Program-made: the position numbers and the translations under genes | Source of the DNA: Staphylothermus hellenicus DSM 12710 | Lineage (GTDB): Archaea > Thermoproteota > Thermoprotei_A > Sulfolobales > Desulfurococcaceae | Length of the DNA: 32,000 bases | Assembly: GCF_000092465.1 (NCBI RefSeq) | Contig: NC_014205.1 | Coordinates: forward strand, 300,001-332,000 | Reading direction: 5' to 3' | The notes under the pieces: model-generated | What the model saw: the letters and a program-made list of their open reading frames with translations, nothing else | What the model was told of the DNA's origin: nothing | Database searches by the model: none | Part shown: piece after piece, positions 16,551 through 25,141 of the stretch | Position numbering within the stretch: position 1 is the first letter of the stretch | Layout of the letters: each line of letters opens with the position of its first letter

Positions 16551-17825
16551 TTAACCCCACAAGAAAACTATTAGCTCTCTTAACAGCTTTGATAACATTG
16601 AATATGCTTCTTCTATGCTATAAAAGTAGTTTTCAATATAATATATTAAATTATTGCAGAAAACGGTGTATAGCCGAGAAATAATAATGGTTGCTTGACT
16701 CCTTCCCCCCATATAGGTTGGGGGTTTTAAACCAAGCGAGGTGAATAGTAAATCCATTATGACTGAAGGATTTCTATCAACTACATATATAAAGCCTATG
16801 TAGAGAAAGAGTAATGTTAAGCTTAAATATAATCCTCTACGAGATCGTATATTATTAGTGATTTTTAAAGCTTTAAACCCGAGGCTTTGCCTAGGTATTA
16901 ATATATTAAGAAATCTATCTCTGAGAATACGATATATTATTGTTGATACAACAAACCATACTGTTATCCATACAATATATGAAAGCCATGTAATCTGAAT
17001 AATGTCTCTAATAATAGATATTACTGGATAAAGTAACCCGTATATATAGAAGAATACAACGAATAAGATCGATCTTACATAGATTTTCTGAAACGGATCT
17101 TTGCCTTTCAATAAATCATGGGCTTGCGAATATACTAGTGTTCTTATACGGTTTATAGCGAAATCAATGTTTAGGAATAAAGTATCGCTTATCAAACCAG
17201 TTATATAATTATCAATTATGTAGTAAATTACAAATATTATTAAGGAGAAAAGAATAAGTGATCCTACATGTGTAGAAATAAATACTTCATAAAATGTTTG
17301 AAAAATGCTCGGAGTTACAGATTCTATGTAGGAGTAAACATAAATGACCGTAGATGCTACAATATAGCTAATAAATAAATATGTAGCATAGATTCCCCCA
17401 ATTATCGTTATTGAAAGTAATAGTGCCTTAATAGATAATAAATGTCTTCTACGAATAGATCGTTTCAATAAGACATCTGTGAATGTATAAGAGAGCAATA
17501 ACCATATAGATGCTATAACAGCTGTTGTAAAGATACTAGGTCCTACGGCTTTTTCATATACAAGTAACCCACTTACTAAGACATAGTATAAGCTCGACAA
17601 ATATATTTTCCTAGCAGCAATACCTATAAACCATAAGAGGATCAATATAAACAATATTATTTGAATAATACCAGCTCTTATTATATAGCTGAGATTTACA
17701 AAAATATTTAAGAAATAAAGATTTAATAACAACACTACTACTATGCTTAGCCTCGACTGGAAAACAGGGTCTCCGAGTTTCTTTGAAAAGTTTTCAATTA
17801 ATCCTCTACTAATATTGTTTCTCAT
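16551..17825 (-). CDS. Polytopic integral membrane protein, family not recognised
   Basis: 424-aa ORF that is almost entirely hydrophobic I/L/F/Y-rich segments (about 10 predicted helices by eye). Its ATG overlaps the DUF58 stop (ATGA). Confidence 0.7.
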   Translation of the reverse strand: MRNNISRGLIENFSKKLGDPVFQSRLSIVVVLLLNLYFLNIFVNLSYIIRAGIIQIILFILILLWFIGIAARKIYLSSLYYVLVSGLLVYEKAVGPSIFTTAVIASIWLLLSYTFTDVLLKRSIRRRHLLSIKALLLSITIIGGIYATYLFISYIVASTVIYVYSYIESVTPSIFQTFYEVFISTHVGSLILFSLIIFVIYYIIDNYITGLISDTLFLNIDFAINRIRTLVYSQAHDLLKGKDPFQKIYVRSILFVVFFYIYGLLYPVISIIRDIIQITWLSYIVWITVWFVVSTIIYRILRDRFLNILIPRQSLGFKALKITNNIRSRRGLYLSLTLLFLYIGFIYVVDRNPSVIMDLLFTSLGLKPPTYMGGRSQATIIISRLYTVFCNNLIYYIENYFYSIEEAYSMLSKLLRELIVFLWG

Positions 17826-19165
17826 ACTATCACAGCCCTATAAGACTCTATTAACCTATAGATCATAACATATATATCATCAGGCCCTACACTAACCACT
17901 TTAACACCTCGACGCCCAAGATATTCTCGTATTTGCTTACTCAAAACATACCTATCAAGAGTTAAGCCCGAAAATATTGCAGATTCTAATCCTTTCAAAT
18001 ATTTCTCCTCATATAGTTCTGGAATCAATTGGACAATAAAGACTAGATGACCCAAGCTTCTAAGCTTGCTTGATGCATTAATAAGTTCGTCAGCTTCATA
18101 TTTATTGAGCAGTGTTGTTAAAACAAAAAATAATGTCTTAGCCCTCCTAGGCAGTTTTGATGCCTCATTCAATATTAGCTCACCTAGGCTTATACCTGGT
18201 TCTTTAATGTCCCAATCAATGTTTGATAAGGAATTAATTATTCTAGTAAAATGTATGCGTCCCCTGCCATAGCCTGATCTAACTATTTTTCCGCCACGAA
18301 TAACTACGCCGACCCAATCTCCTCTTTCTAATAGGATTTTTGAGAGGCCAGCAGATATTCTAGCCATATCTTCTAGAGGGGTACTACCTATTATTCCTCT
18401 CATAGAATCAGGAGATACATCTATAACGAATACTACACTCAGATTTGCTTCACGCTCGAATTCTTTCACATATAATTTTCTTAGTCGAGCAAAGCTTTTC
18501 CAATCAATTAATCTATAATCATCTCCTGGAAAATATTCTCTAAGCTCATAGAATTCCTGGCCAAGCCCTCTCATCCTCGCTTTACCCATCCCCAGCCCTC
18601 TTCTCGTCCAGACACTCAATACTCTCCTAGGAAAAGCTGCGGGTTTAGGTTTTATATTTACTATTTTCTTCTCTGGATCAATAGTGGTCTTATAATTAAA
18701 TAATCCAAGGGGATCCTTAACAATAATTTCTAAGCCGTGAAAGGTGTGTTTGCCAAGAATAGTTTCAACTATGTATTCATATTCAAATCCACTATATGGA
18801 AGAAGAGTTGCAGAAACAGTATTACTTCCCTCAACAAGCTTGAAAAGACTTGGATATAGATCATTTATGCTAACATAGAATAATGGTATACTTGAATTAT
18901 TTCTAAACACAATTTTTATCCTTACCTTATTTTTCTCGACGAGAGGATCAAGAAACTCTCGTCTAATCTCTAATCGATATATTTGACGAGCAGATAATTC
19001 AACTAGTAGTCTTGTTCCAAGAATAATCGCTATAACAATTCCAACAATATATAGTGTATAAGCCGTTATAGTTTTATTGAGCCAAATATCCAGAGATGCT
19101 AGGAGCCCTGCCAAACCCAGTAATACATATAGGTTAGATGTTGCAGAGATGCCGCTTTCACGCAT
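17822..19165 (-). CDS. DUF58 family protein (vWA-like), N-terminally membrane-anchored
   Basis: The DUF58 hallmark is GQEFYELREYFPGDDYRLIDWKSFARLRKLYVKEFEREANLSVVFVIDVS. Two N-terminal TM helices and a beta-sandwich-like segment precede it. The start overlaps the moxR stop by 1 nt. Confidence 0.85.
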   Translation of the reverse strand: MRESGISATSNLYVLLGLAGLLASLDIWLNKTITAYTLYIVGIVIAIILGTRLLVELSARQIYRLEIRREFLDPLVEKNKVRIKIVFRNNSSIPLFYVSINDLYPSLFKLVEGSNTVSATLLPYSGFEYEYIVETILGKHTFHGLEIIVKDPLGLFNYKTTIDPEKKIVNIKPKPAAFPRRVLSVWTRRGLGMGKARMRGLGQEFYELREYFPGDDYRLIDWKSFARLRKLYVKEFEREANLSVVFVIDVSPDSMRGIIGSTPLEDMARISAGLSKILLERGDWVGVVIRGGKIVRSGYGRGRIHFTRIINSLSNIDWDIKEPGISLGELILNEASKLPRRAKTLFFVLTTLLNKYEADELINASSKLRSLGHLVFIVQLIPELYEEKYLKGLESAIFSGLTLDRYVLSKQIREYLGRRGVKVVSVGPDDIYVMIYRLIESYRAVIV

Positions 19166-20145
19166 TAGCTCTGCACACCTGGTGTTGGGACAGGTGTTTC
19201 GTTTAATATATCTTCAATTATTTGATCCGTTGTTATACCTTCAAATTCAGCTTCAGGCCTCAATATTATACGGTGCCTGAGAACGGGTTTGGCAACAAAT
19301 TTAATATCGTCTGGAATAACATATGATCTTCCATCAATTAATGCATTAGCCTTACTTGTTAATAATAAGCTTATTGAAGCTCTTGGTGAACCACCTAAAC
19401 GTACATGTGGGTGTTCACGTGTTTTCTTAACTATGCTTACAATATAATCTATTAATTCTTCGCTAACATTAACTTTTGGAAGCATAGCCTTTATTGCTAG
19501 TATTTCCTCAGCCGATGTAACAGGTAAAATATTGAATTTTTCAATATAATGTATTCTTCTAAGAACTTCTTTTTCCTCATCAGTATCGGGATATGAAACA
19601 ATTATTTTTAAGAGAAACCTATCCAGCTGGGCTTCAGGCAGTGGAAAGGTGCCTTCCATCTCTATAGGGTTCATAGTTGCAATTACAATGAAGGGTTCGG
19701 GAAGCTTAAAAGTTATCCCTTCTATAGTAACTTGTTTCTCCTGCATTGCTTCTAATAATGCTGACTGGGTTCTAGGGCTTGCTCTATTTATTTCATCAAA
19801 CAATACTATGTTAGCAAATATTGGGCCTTTACGAGGCCTGAAATCATTAACTCTAGGATCAAACACTAGAGTTCCAATAATATCGCTTGGCAAAAGATCC
19901 GGGGTTGCTTGTATTCTTGAATATGATAAGCTAAGAGATCTAGCAATTGTTTTAGCAATAAGAGTCTTAGCTACGCCTGGAACCCCCTCTAATAATATGT
20001 GTCCCCCAGCATATATTGATATTAAGATGTACCGTATAACATCTTTTTTACCAACAATAATCTTCGATGCATTCTCTATTATTTTCCTAGATATACTTGA
20101 TGCAAAACCGGGATCAAAATCTTTATTTGATAAGGTATTTTGCAT
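19165..20145 (-). CDS. moxR: MoxR-family AAA+ ATPase
   Basis: Walker A is LEGVPGVAKT and Walker B is VLFDEINRA. RIQATPDLLPSDIIG, PRTQSALLEAMQEKQVTIEG, ATMNPIE..GTFPLPEAQLDRF and the C-terminal lid are also present. ATG 20145 is preferred. The track ORF starts at TTG 20181. Confidence 0.9.
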   Translation of the reverse strand: MQNTLSNKDFDPGFASSISRKIIENASKIIVGKKDVIRYILISIYAGGHILLEGVPGVAKTLIAKTIARSLSLSYSRIQATPDLLPSDIIGTLVFDPRVNDFRPRKGPIFANIVLFDEINRASPRTQSALLEAMQEKQVTIEGITFKLPEPFIVIATMNPIEMEGTFPLPEAQLDRFLLKIIVSYPDTDEEKEVLRRIHYIEKFNILPVTSAEEILAIKAMLPKVNVSEELIDYIVSIVKKTREHPHVRLGGSPRASISLLLTSKANALIDGRSYVIPDDIKFVAKPVLRHRIILRPEAEFEGITTDQIIEDILNETPVPTPGVQS

Positions 20146-21580
20146 CCCTGAACCCTTCCTTCTTAAGTATTGTATATCCAAGTAGGTTTAGTAAATCCTC
20201 AACTAATAAAACATATTTAATCATCGTTCTTCTCCAATTAAACACTATGGGTAAACGGCTTTTACCATTAATCTTTAAGTATACCCGGTACAGCCATAAT
20301 AGTTTTTTAAATTTCTTCCGATCAACTATGCCAAGTAATCGTAGTTTATCATAGGATTTACTAGCCAAAACTTCTTCGAGATCAAAATTCTTAACAATAA
20401 TAAATGCTTGTCTCAATAATTTCCAATATCTTTTTATTAGTATTTTCTCCCTATTCTTCAGAAACTTTTTATCTAAGAGGTTAGCTGTTATAATAGTCTC
20501 AATAATGATCTTATATTCCCTGACTTTCTCGTGTTTAAACTCTACTAATTCTTTAAGATCAAATACAGACTTCATCAGGCCGATCAAGCCTAATATAGTT
20601 AATAATAATGCGATAGGGCCTAGAATGCTGTATTGTGATATGATTGCATCTATGAATTGATCAGCTTGTTCAAGGAAATTAGCAAACAATAGGAAAAGTA
20701 TGCTTGAATGGAAAGGTATTGTTTGCTGAATATTTTTTCTACGATATAAATAATTAGGAATAATTACTCGTTTACTTTTTTCATCAGATAATTGTTTCAC
20801 ATAGTTATATATAATTTCTGAAACAGTTAAGTTTCGGCCTAGCTCAGTATTTATTAATGGAGAACTATCACTCATCACGAATAGTTTAGATCTAGGATAT
20901 ACTATAATAATTCCTGTTATCCATTCATTAAATCCAGTTTTTTCACGGGTTTTAATAAAATATGCTATTTCTTCATCATCGATTTTACCATTAGAGTTTA
21001 GATCGAGAATACCGTATGTGATAGAAATAATGTTTACAGGTCTATTTATTCTAGTATCATTAACGATGAAACTAGCCCAATTAAGACGTACATATTTCGT
21101 CTCGTTATCTAGAGATTTTATTATTGTTAATGGATATTGGGGATCTTGAGTTAACATCATATCTAGGATCATTGTTCCATTTACATGTATATGGAATCTA
21201 TGCAGTAAATTGTTGCTGGTAATGTTTTCATCTAGTACGGCAATATTTATTTTTCCGTTAAGGAAATATTTCTCTATTAAATCAAGATCTGTATTATTTG
21301 CTGATAATGATTTATCAGGACCTATAATAAGGAGCAATCCTCCCCTGTTCAGCTCATTTATTAATTCACTATTTTTGTTAACTATTACAACATTGTATCC
21401 TTCATTTCTAAGTCTTTGAACAAGTATGCTTGTGCCGGACCAGTCAAGGGATAGAGGACTACAGGTTCCAACATATAGTGAAGCCTCTACTTTTATAGTG
21501 ATTCCAGGTATGTAGAACGCTGCTAGTAATCCTATTATTAAAAGAAAAATTATGAATAGCTTAAGCCTCAACAGGATCAC
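20123..21580 (-). CDS. Membrane protein, DUF4350-like extracytoplasmic domain
   Basis: N-terminal TM, then LDWSGTSILVQRLRNEGYNVVIV, which resembles the DUF4350 core seen next to MoxR/DUF58 genes. Further TM helices and a cytoplasmic helical tail follow. The GTG start overlaps the upstream stop (GTGA). Confidence 0.55.
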   Translation of the reverse strand: MILLRLKLFIIFLLIIGLLAAFYIPGITIKVEASLYVGTCSPLSLDWSGTSILVQRLRNEGYNVVIVNKNSELINELNRGGLLLIIGPDKSLSANNTDLDLIEKYFLNGKINIAVLDENITSNNLLHRFHIHVNGTMILDMMLTQDPQYPLTIIKSLDNETKYVRLNWASFIVNDTRINRPVNIISITYGILDLNSNGKIDDEEIAYFIKTREKTGFNEWITGIIIVYPRSKLFVMSDSSPLINTELGRNLTVSEIIYNYVKQLSDEKSKRVIIPNYLYRRKNIQQTIPFHSSILFLLFANFLEQADQFIDAIISQYSILGPIALLLTILGLIGLMKSVFDLKELVEFKHEKVREYKIIIETIITANLLDKKFLKNREKILIKRYWKLLRQAFIIVKNFDLEEVLASKSYDKLRLLGIVDRKKFKKLLWLYRVYLKINGKSRLPIVFNWRRTMIKYVLLVEDLLNLLGYTILKKEGFRDAKYLIK

Positions 21581-22692
21581 CTATTTTTACTAATAAATAG
21601 ACTCCTCAGCTCACGTTCAACCTTACTAATTAATGCTTCATCAACCTCGTATTTACCATAAACATTTTCCTCATAGATCCTTGTTACATGTTCTCCGATA
21701 GTTCTCAGATCTTCAATTCTTATTTTACTTAATAATTCACGTGGTGTTTCAGAAGGTTTTCTCCTATATCCATGTCTCTTCGCAATACTATACCATTTAT
21801 AGTATAGCATTATTGCTCGAGATAATGTTGTTTTTCCTATTCTGGCCTTTATAATCATTTTTTTCTCATCTATTTTTGTAAATAATATATCTAAGTATTG
21901 TCTTATTGGTTGGCGAACATAGTATAATACGGCGAGAACAAGGGATCCCATAATTATATATAATATTATGTTGAAGTATTTGCTGAAATTAAATAATGGA
22001 ATAGTTGGGGGATTAAATACACTAGCATTGGAGACACCGATATTGGGGAAATTGAAAATATTAACAAGCGGATTTTCTTGGACTCCACCTTCAAGGGGAT
22101 TTCTTGGATTAATAGTCTCTGATCCGGATGTCTCTCTAACACCGCCCTTATATTGTTTCATATAATTAATAAGCTCTGAGATAAGATCATTATTTACCAC
22201 TTCTCCATGTCTAAGCTTATAAGCATCTTGGATTAGCGATTCATTGTTTAGTAGCTTGCCTAACTCGTATAGGTAACTAGTAAGATTAACTTCCACCCCA
22301 TTCTCAGTTAGATTTTGTATAGAATCGATTAACGAGATAGTTTTTGCTAAATCCATATTAGAGTTTAGATCACTATTGTATTTTGTTTTTAAATAATTAT
22401 TTAACTCGTTCAACAACATATATGCTTTTTCATAATCGCCATTCTGTATTGACTGATTTATTTCTGATACATAACTATTAACTATGGAGTCATTTAATTG
22501 TTTTAGCAAGGAGAGCTGTTGTAGTAGTTTATTTTCATCCATGGGATAGGTATCGGTAGGTACGTATTTATCGTTTCTTTGAACCTCTCCATATGTAATC
22601 ATGGATATGAGAGTCATAAATACAAATACTGTGAGAAAGAACCACACATATATTTTTTTCAATACTATTTTGGCCAACATTATATTTTTCAT
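21577..22692 (-). CDS. Membrane protein with C-terminal DUF4129 domain
   Basis: N-terminal TM, a long N/L/S-rich helical ectodomain, a second TM, then LSRAIMLYYKWYSIAKRHGYRRKPSETPRELLSKI....IGEHVTRIYEENVYGKYEV, the DUF4129 pattern. Confidence 0.7.
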   Translation of the reverse strand: MKNIMLAKIVLKKIYVWFFLTVFVFMTLISMITYGEVQRNDKYVPTDTYPMDENKLLQQLSLLKQLNDSIVNSYVSEINQSIQNGDYEKAYMLLNELNNYLKTKYNSDLNSNMDLAKTISLIDSIQNLTENGVEVNLTSYLYELGKLLNNESLIQDAYKLRHGEVVNNDLISELINYMKQYKGGVRETSGSETINPRNPLEGGVQENPLVNIFNFPNIGVSNASVFNPPTIPLFNFSKYFNIILYIIMGSLVLAVLYYVRQPIRQYLDILFTKIDEKKMIIKARIGKTTLSRAIMLYYKWYSIAKRHGYRRKPSETPRELLSKIRIEDLRTIGEHVTRIYEENVYGKYEVDEALISKVERELRSLFISKNR

Positions 22693-22705
22693 CGACTTAT
22701 TTTAT

Positions 22706-22726
22706 TCCTATATATATAAATAATTA
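22706..22726. promoter_or_regulatory. Shared divergent promoter core (TATA-like TCCTATATATATAAATAATTA) between the MoxR-module operon and btpA
   Basis: A near-palindromic TATATATATAAATA tract sits in the 79-bp divergent intergenic spacer and matches the archaeal TATA consensus TTTAWATA on both strands. A GGGGGGT run (22761-22767) lies 4 nt upstream of the btpA GTG. Confidence 0.3.
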
Positions 22727-22771
22727 TTTTATACAAGTTATAATGATTAATTTTTTATCAGGGGGGTCTAT

Positions 22772-23575
22772 GTGAAACTATACGGTATGGTTCATCTTCC
22801 ACCTCTTCCAAATTCTCCTCAATATCGTGGTGAGAAAATAGATGTTATATTGAAGTATGCGATTAATGAGGCTGAAAAGCTTGTAAAGGCCGGGTTTGAT
22901 GGTGTGGTTATCGAAAACTATATGGATTATCCTTTCCCAATATATGAGAAGGACCCTGTTAAGCTGAGGCTTATAGAATATATTGCTAGAAAAATTAGAG
23001 AGAAGTTTCCTAATGTATTGGTCGGCTTAAATATTCTGAGAAATAGTGGTTTAGAATCACTAGATATAGCTTGTAGGAATAACCTGGACTTTATACGTGT
23101 AAACGTCTATATGGAAACTGTTCTAGCACCTGAAGGCATAATTAAGCCGTTAGCCTATGAGCTTATAAAATATAAGGAGAGGAACGGATGCAATGTAAAG
23201 GTCTATGCTGATGTAAATGTGAAACATTCACAGCCACTTATGAGTTATACTATGGTTTTAAGAAATATGTGTAGTAGAGGATTAGTTGATGGAGTAATAG
23301 TTTCTGGTGAACATACAGGATACCCAACACCTGTATCAAGGGTTTATGTGGCTAAGAAGATTTGTAGTGATAAAGAGATCATTGTTGGTAGCGGAGTTAA
23401 TCATCAAAATATAGGATTATATATTGGTTTAGCTGATGCGGTAATTGTTGGAACAAGTATAAAGAATGAAGGTATCACATCTAATCCAGTAAATATTCAG
23501 AAAGCTATGAGTTTGGTGAAACGAGTTAGGCGGATTAAAAATAGATTATTTAAGGGTTTAGGCATAAATACTTGA
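22772..23575 (+). CDS. btpA: BtpA/SgcQ-family TIM-barrel protein
   Basis: The N-terminal GMVHLPPLPNSPQY signature and ~265-aa barrel-like alternation are typical of the BtpA family. GTG start. Confidence 0.8.
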   Translation: MKLYGMVHLPPLPNSPQYRGEKIDVILKYAINEAEKLVKAGFDGVVIENYMDYPFPIYEKDPVKLRLIEYIARKIREKFPNVLVGLNILRNSGLESLDIACRNNLDFIRVNVYMETVLAPEGIIKPLAYELIKYKERNGCNVKVYADVNVKHSQPLMSYTMVLRNMCSRGLVDGVIVSGEHTGYPTPVSRVYVAKKICSDKEIIVGSGVNHQNIGLYIGLADAVIVGTSIKNEGITSNPVNIQKAMSLVKRVRRIKNRLFKGLGINT

Positions 23576-24181
23576 TTCTGTTCTTCCAGTTACTTCTTTA
23601 AGCAATGCATCAATTATTTCTTCAGCTTGTTCCTTCTTGATCCTAGCATATTTTGTAAGATACTCAACCAATTTATTCCTGCCCCAGCCTTCCTCAAGAT
23701 GCTTCTTTACCAGGGATAAAAGTTCAAGGAATAATTTAGACTTATATTTCTCCTCTAATCCCAGCTCTCTAATAATAGCATTTACAGCTGCTAAATGCAT
23801 TGCCAAAGCATCATTGAACTCGTTTTTACCGAGTGTTTTAACACTTAGATCAACTATTACGGTTGGAACTGCTTCATCGCCTACCAGCACATATTTAATC
23901 ATTGGAGCAACACTTAATCTCAACAATTTATAGTATAGAAGCAACCTCTCGTTTTTAGACATAGTAATTGTTTCAAAATCTAGTGGCGTCTGCAGTCTCA
24001 CAACTCCTATTGTGTCATCACAGCTAATATATATTGATATAGGAAACATTGGATTAACTGCCTTATATACTCCATTTTCTTCCTCAACTTCCCATGGAAA
24101 ATCTATGAGTTTCTTAGAGTTGGGAGAACCTTGTTTCAACCATTGTATAATTTTTTCGAGCACCTTATTACAATCAGACAT
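23558..24181 (-). CDS. Hypothetical protein, YbjN-like (T3SS-chaperone-like fold) N-terminal domain plus helical C-terminal extension
   Basis: The pattern VLEKIIQWLKQ...ISIYISCDDTIGVVRLQTPL....ERLLLYYKLLRLSV.PMIKYVLVGDE..TVIVDLSVKTL..NEF resembles YbjN-family proteins. This is a weak by-eye assignment. The 3' end overlaps btpA convergently by 18 nt. Confidence 0.4.
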   Translation of the reverse strand: MSDCNKVLEKIIQWLKQGSPNSKKLIDFPWEVEEENGVYKAVNPMFPISIYISCDDTIGVVRLQTPLDFETITMSKNERLLLYYKLLRLSVAPMIKYVLVGDEAVPTVIVDLSVKTLGKNEFNDALAMHLAAVNAIIRELGLEEKYKSKLFLELLSLVKKHLEEGWGRNKLVEYLTKYARIKKEQAEEIIDALLKEVTGRTESSIYA

Positions 24182-24265
24182 ATTTTAACCACCACGTTGG
24201 AGAAACGGTTTATGATTTATATTTAATTCTTAATTGTAAAATATATGCTTATTCACAAATATAGG

Positions 24266-24853
24266 TTATCTATTATATAGTTTATCCAGATATTCATAAC
24301 TAGTCCATTCAGGATTATTCTCAGCTTCTCTGCATACTTCATCGATAAGTTTTTCTAACGCGTCTAATGGTTCATAGCCTTCTTTAAACACTAACTCATA
24401 GATTCTACTATAATGTTTTGTTACCTCCCAATAGTACTGGTGTAGTAGTTTCCATGGAGGCTCTATTTCTTCGCCTACCCCGACTCCTGGACAGTAAGGG
24501 TCTACATATATCTTGTTAGGATTGCTGGGTGAAGCTGGAATGAATGGGTAAAGGCGGCATCTAAGCGGTCTAGCAGGGTATATTTTACATGTAGGAACAC
24601 CATTTTTGTATTGAAGGAAAGCACATTTGCCATCTCCCATTCCCCTAAGTGCCGGTATGGCGATCATGTCTGCTATAATAGCTATAATATATTTACCTCT
24701 AAGCTCTCTCCAATCAACATTCATGTATCTAGCTATTCTACATATATCATATGCTGTCAAAGCAACATTTGGCCCGGTACTACAGCATCTACCGCTTCTT
24801 CTACATGTATAACGTATTTTATCTCCAGGTTTAAGCACGTAATACCTAGTCAA
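24266..24853 (-). CDS. YkgJ/UPF0153-family cysteine-cluster protein
   Basis: YTCRRSGRCC is a variant of CxxCGxCC. It is followed by DGKCAFL...GVPTCKIYPARPLRCRLYPF, the characteristic second block of the family. The TTG start lies 5 nt after the upstream small-ORF stop. Confidence 0.7.
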   Translation of the reverse strand: MTRYYVLKPGDKIRYTCRRSGRCCSTGPNVALTAYDICRIARYMNVDWRELRGKYIIAIIADMIAIPALRGMGDGKCAFLQYKNGVPTCKIYPARPLRCRLYPFIPASPSNPNKIYVDPYCPGVGVGEEIEPPWKLLHQYYWEVTKHYSRIYELVFKEGYEPLDALEKLIDEVCREAENNPEWTSYEYLDKLYNR

Positions 24854-24858
24854 AACAA

Positions 24859-25071
24859 TTACCTCTCTCGTTTTCTCTCACGTAATTTTCTAAAAGGACA
24901 GAATTTTCTAAAGGGACACGTGCTACATCTTGATCCATATTGTTCCTCCGAGTAAATAATCGTTAGTTCTTCGTCATCGTCAAGAAGAACTCCGGGAGGA
25001 GCCTTGTTTTCATCAGTATTTACCTTACTATTTTCTTTTTTCTTCTTTTTCCTAGTGAGAAGTTTAAACAT
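24859..25071 (-). CDS. Small basic/acidic protein with C-terminal CxxC-x5-C motif and an internal CPFRK(F/L) duplication
   Basis: 70-aa ORF with an ATG preceded by a very strong Shine-Dalgarno sequence (GAGGAGGGAG, plus-strand 25078-25087, 6-nt spacer). It is positioned to couple translation into the TTG-initiated ykgJ-like gene. Confidence 0.55.
   Translation of the reverse strand: MFKLLTRKKKKKENSKVNTDENKAPPGVLLDDDEELTIIYSEEQYGSRCSTCPFRKFCPFRKLRERKRER
24883..24918 (-). repeat. In-frame 18-bp tandem duplication (2 copies, 16/18 identical) encoding CPFRKF-CPFRKL
   Basis: Read directly: 24883-24900 is taattttctaaaaggaca and 24901-24918 is gaattttctaaagggaca. Confidence 0.9.
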
Positions 25072-25077
25072 AGAATA

Positions 25078-25087
25078 CTCCCTCCTC
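25078..25087 (-). promoter_or_regulatory. Shine-Dalgarno sequence GAGGAGGGAG for the 70-aa ORF
   Basis: The plus strand reads ctccctcctc, whose reverse complement is GAGGAGGGAG, 6 nt upstream of ATG 25071. AT-rich TATA-like tracts lie 25-45 nt further upstream. Confidence 0.5.
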
Positions 25088-25141
25088 AGATTGTGGTATT
25101 ATTTTAAACCCATAATATATCATGTTTAAACTTTAATCGTA

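Noticed and set aside
236-20354. Antisense or shadow ORFs in the six-frame track: 236-457+, 767-991+, 1471-1887-, 2098-2280-, 2303-2596-, 3724-3954+, 4563-4775-, 7706-8032-, 8144-8455-, 8783-9100-, 10436-10708-, 10636-11097-, 10757-10951-, 11104-11484-, 12632-12814-, 13826-14041+, 15155-15667+, 15926-16186+, 16454-16684+, 18066-18272+, 19077-19280+, 19649-20185+ and 20097-20354+.
   Set aside because: Each lies wholly or largely opposite a well-supported gene with clear family motifs. Their translations are low-complexity S/L/I/F/P-rich strings without recognisable domains.
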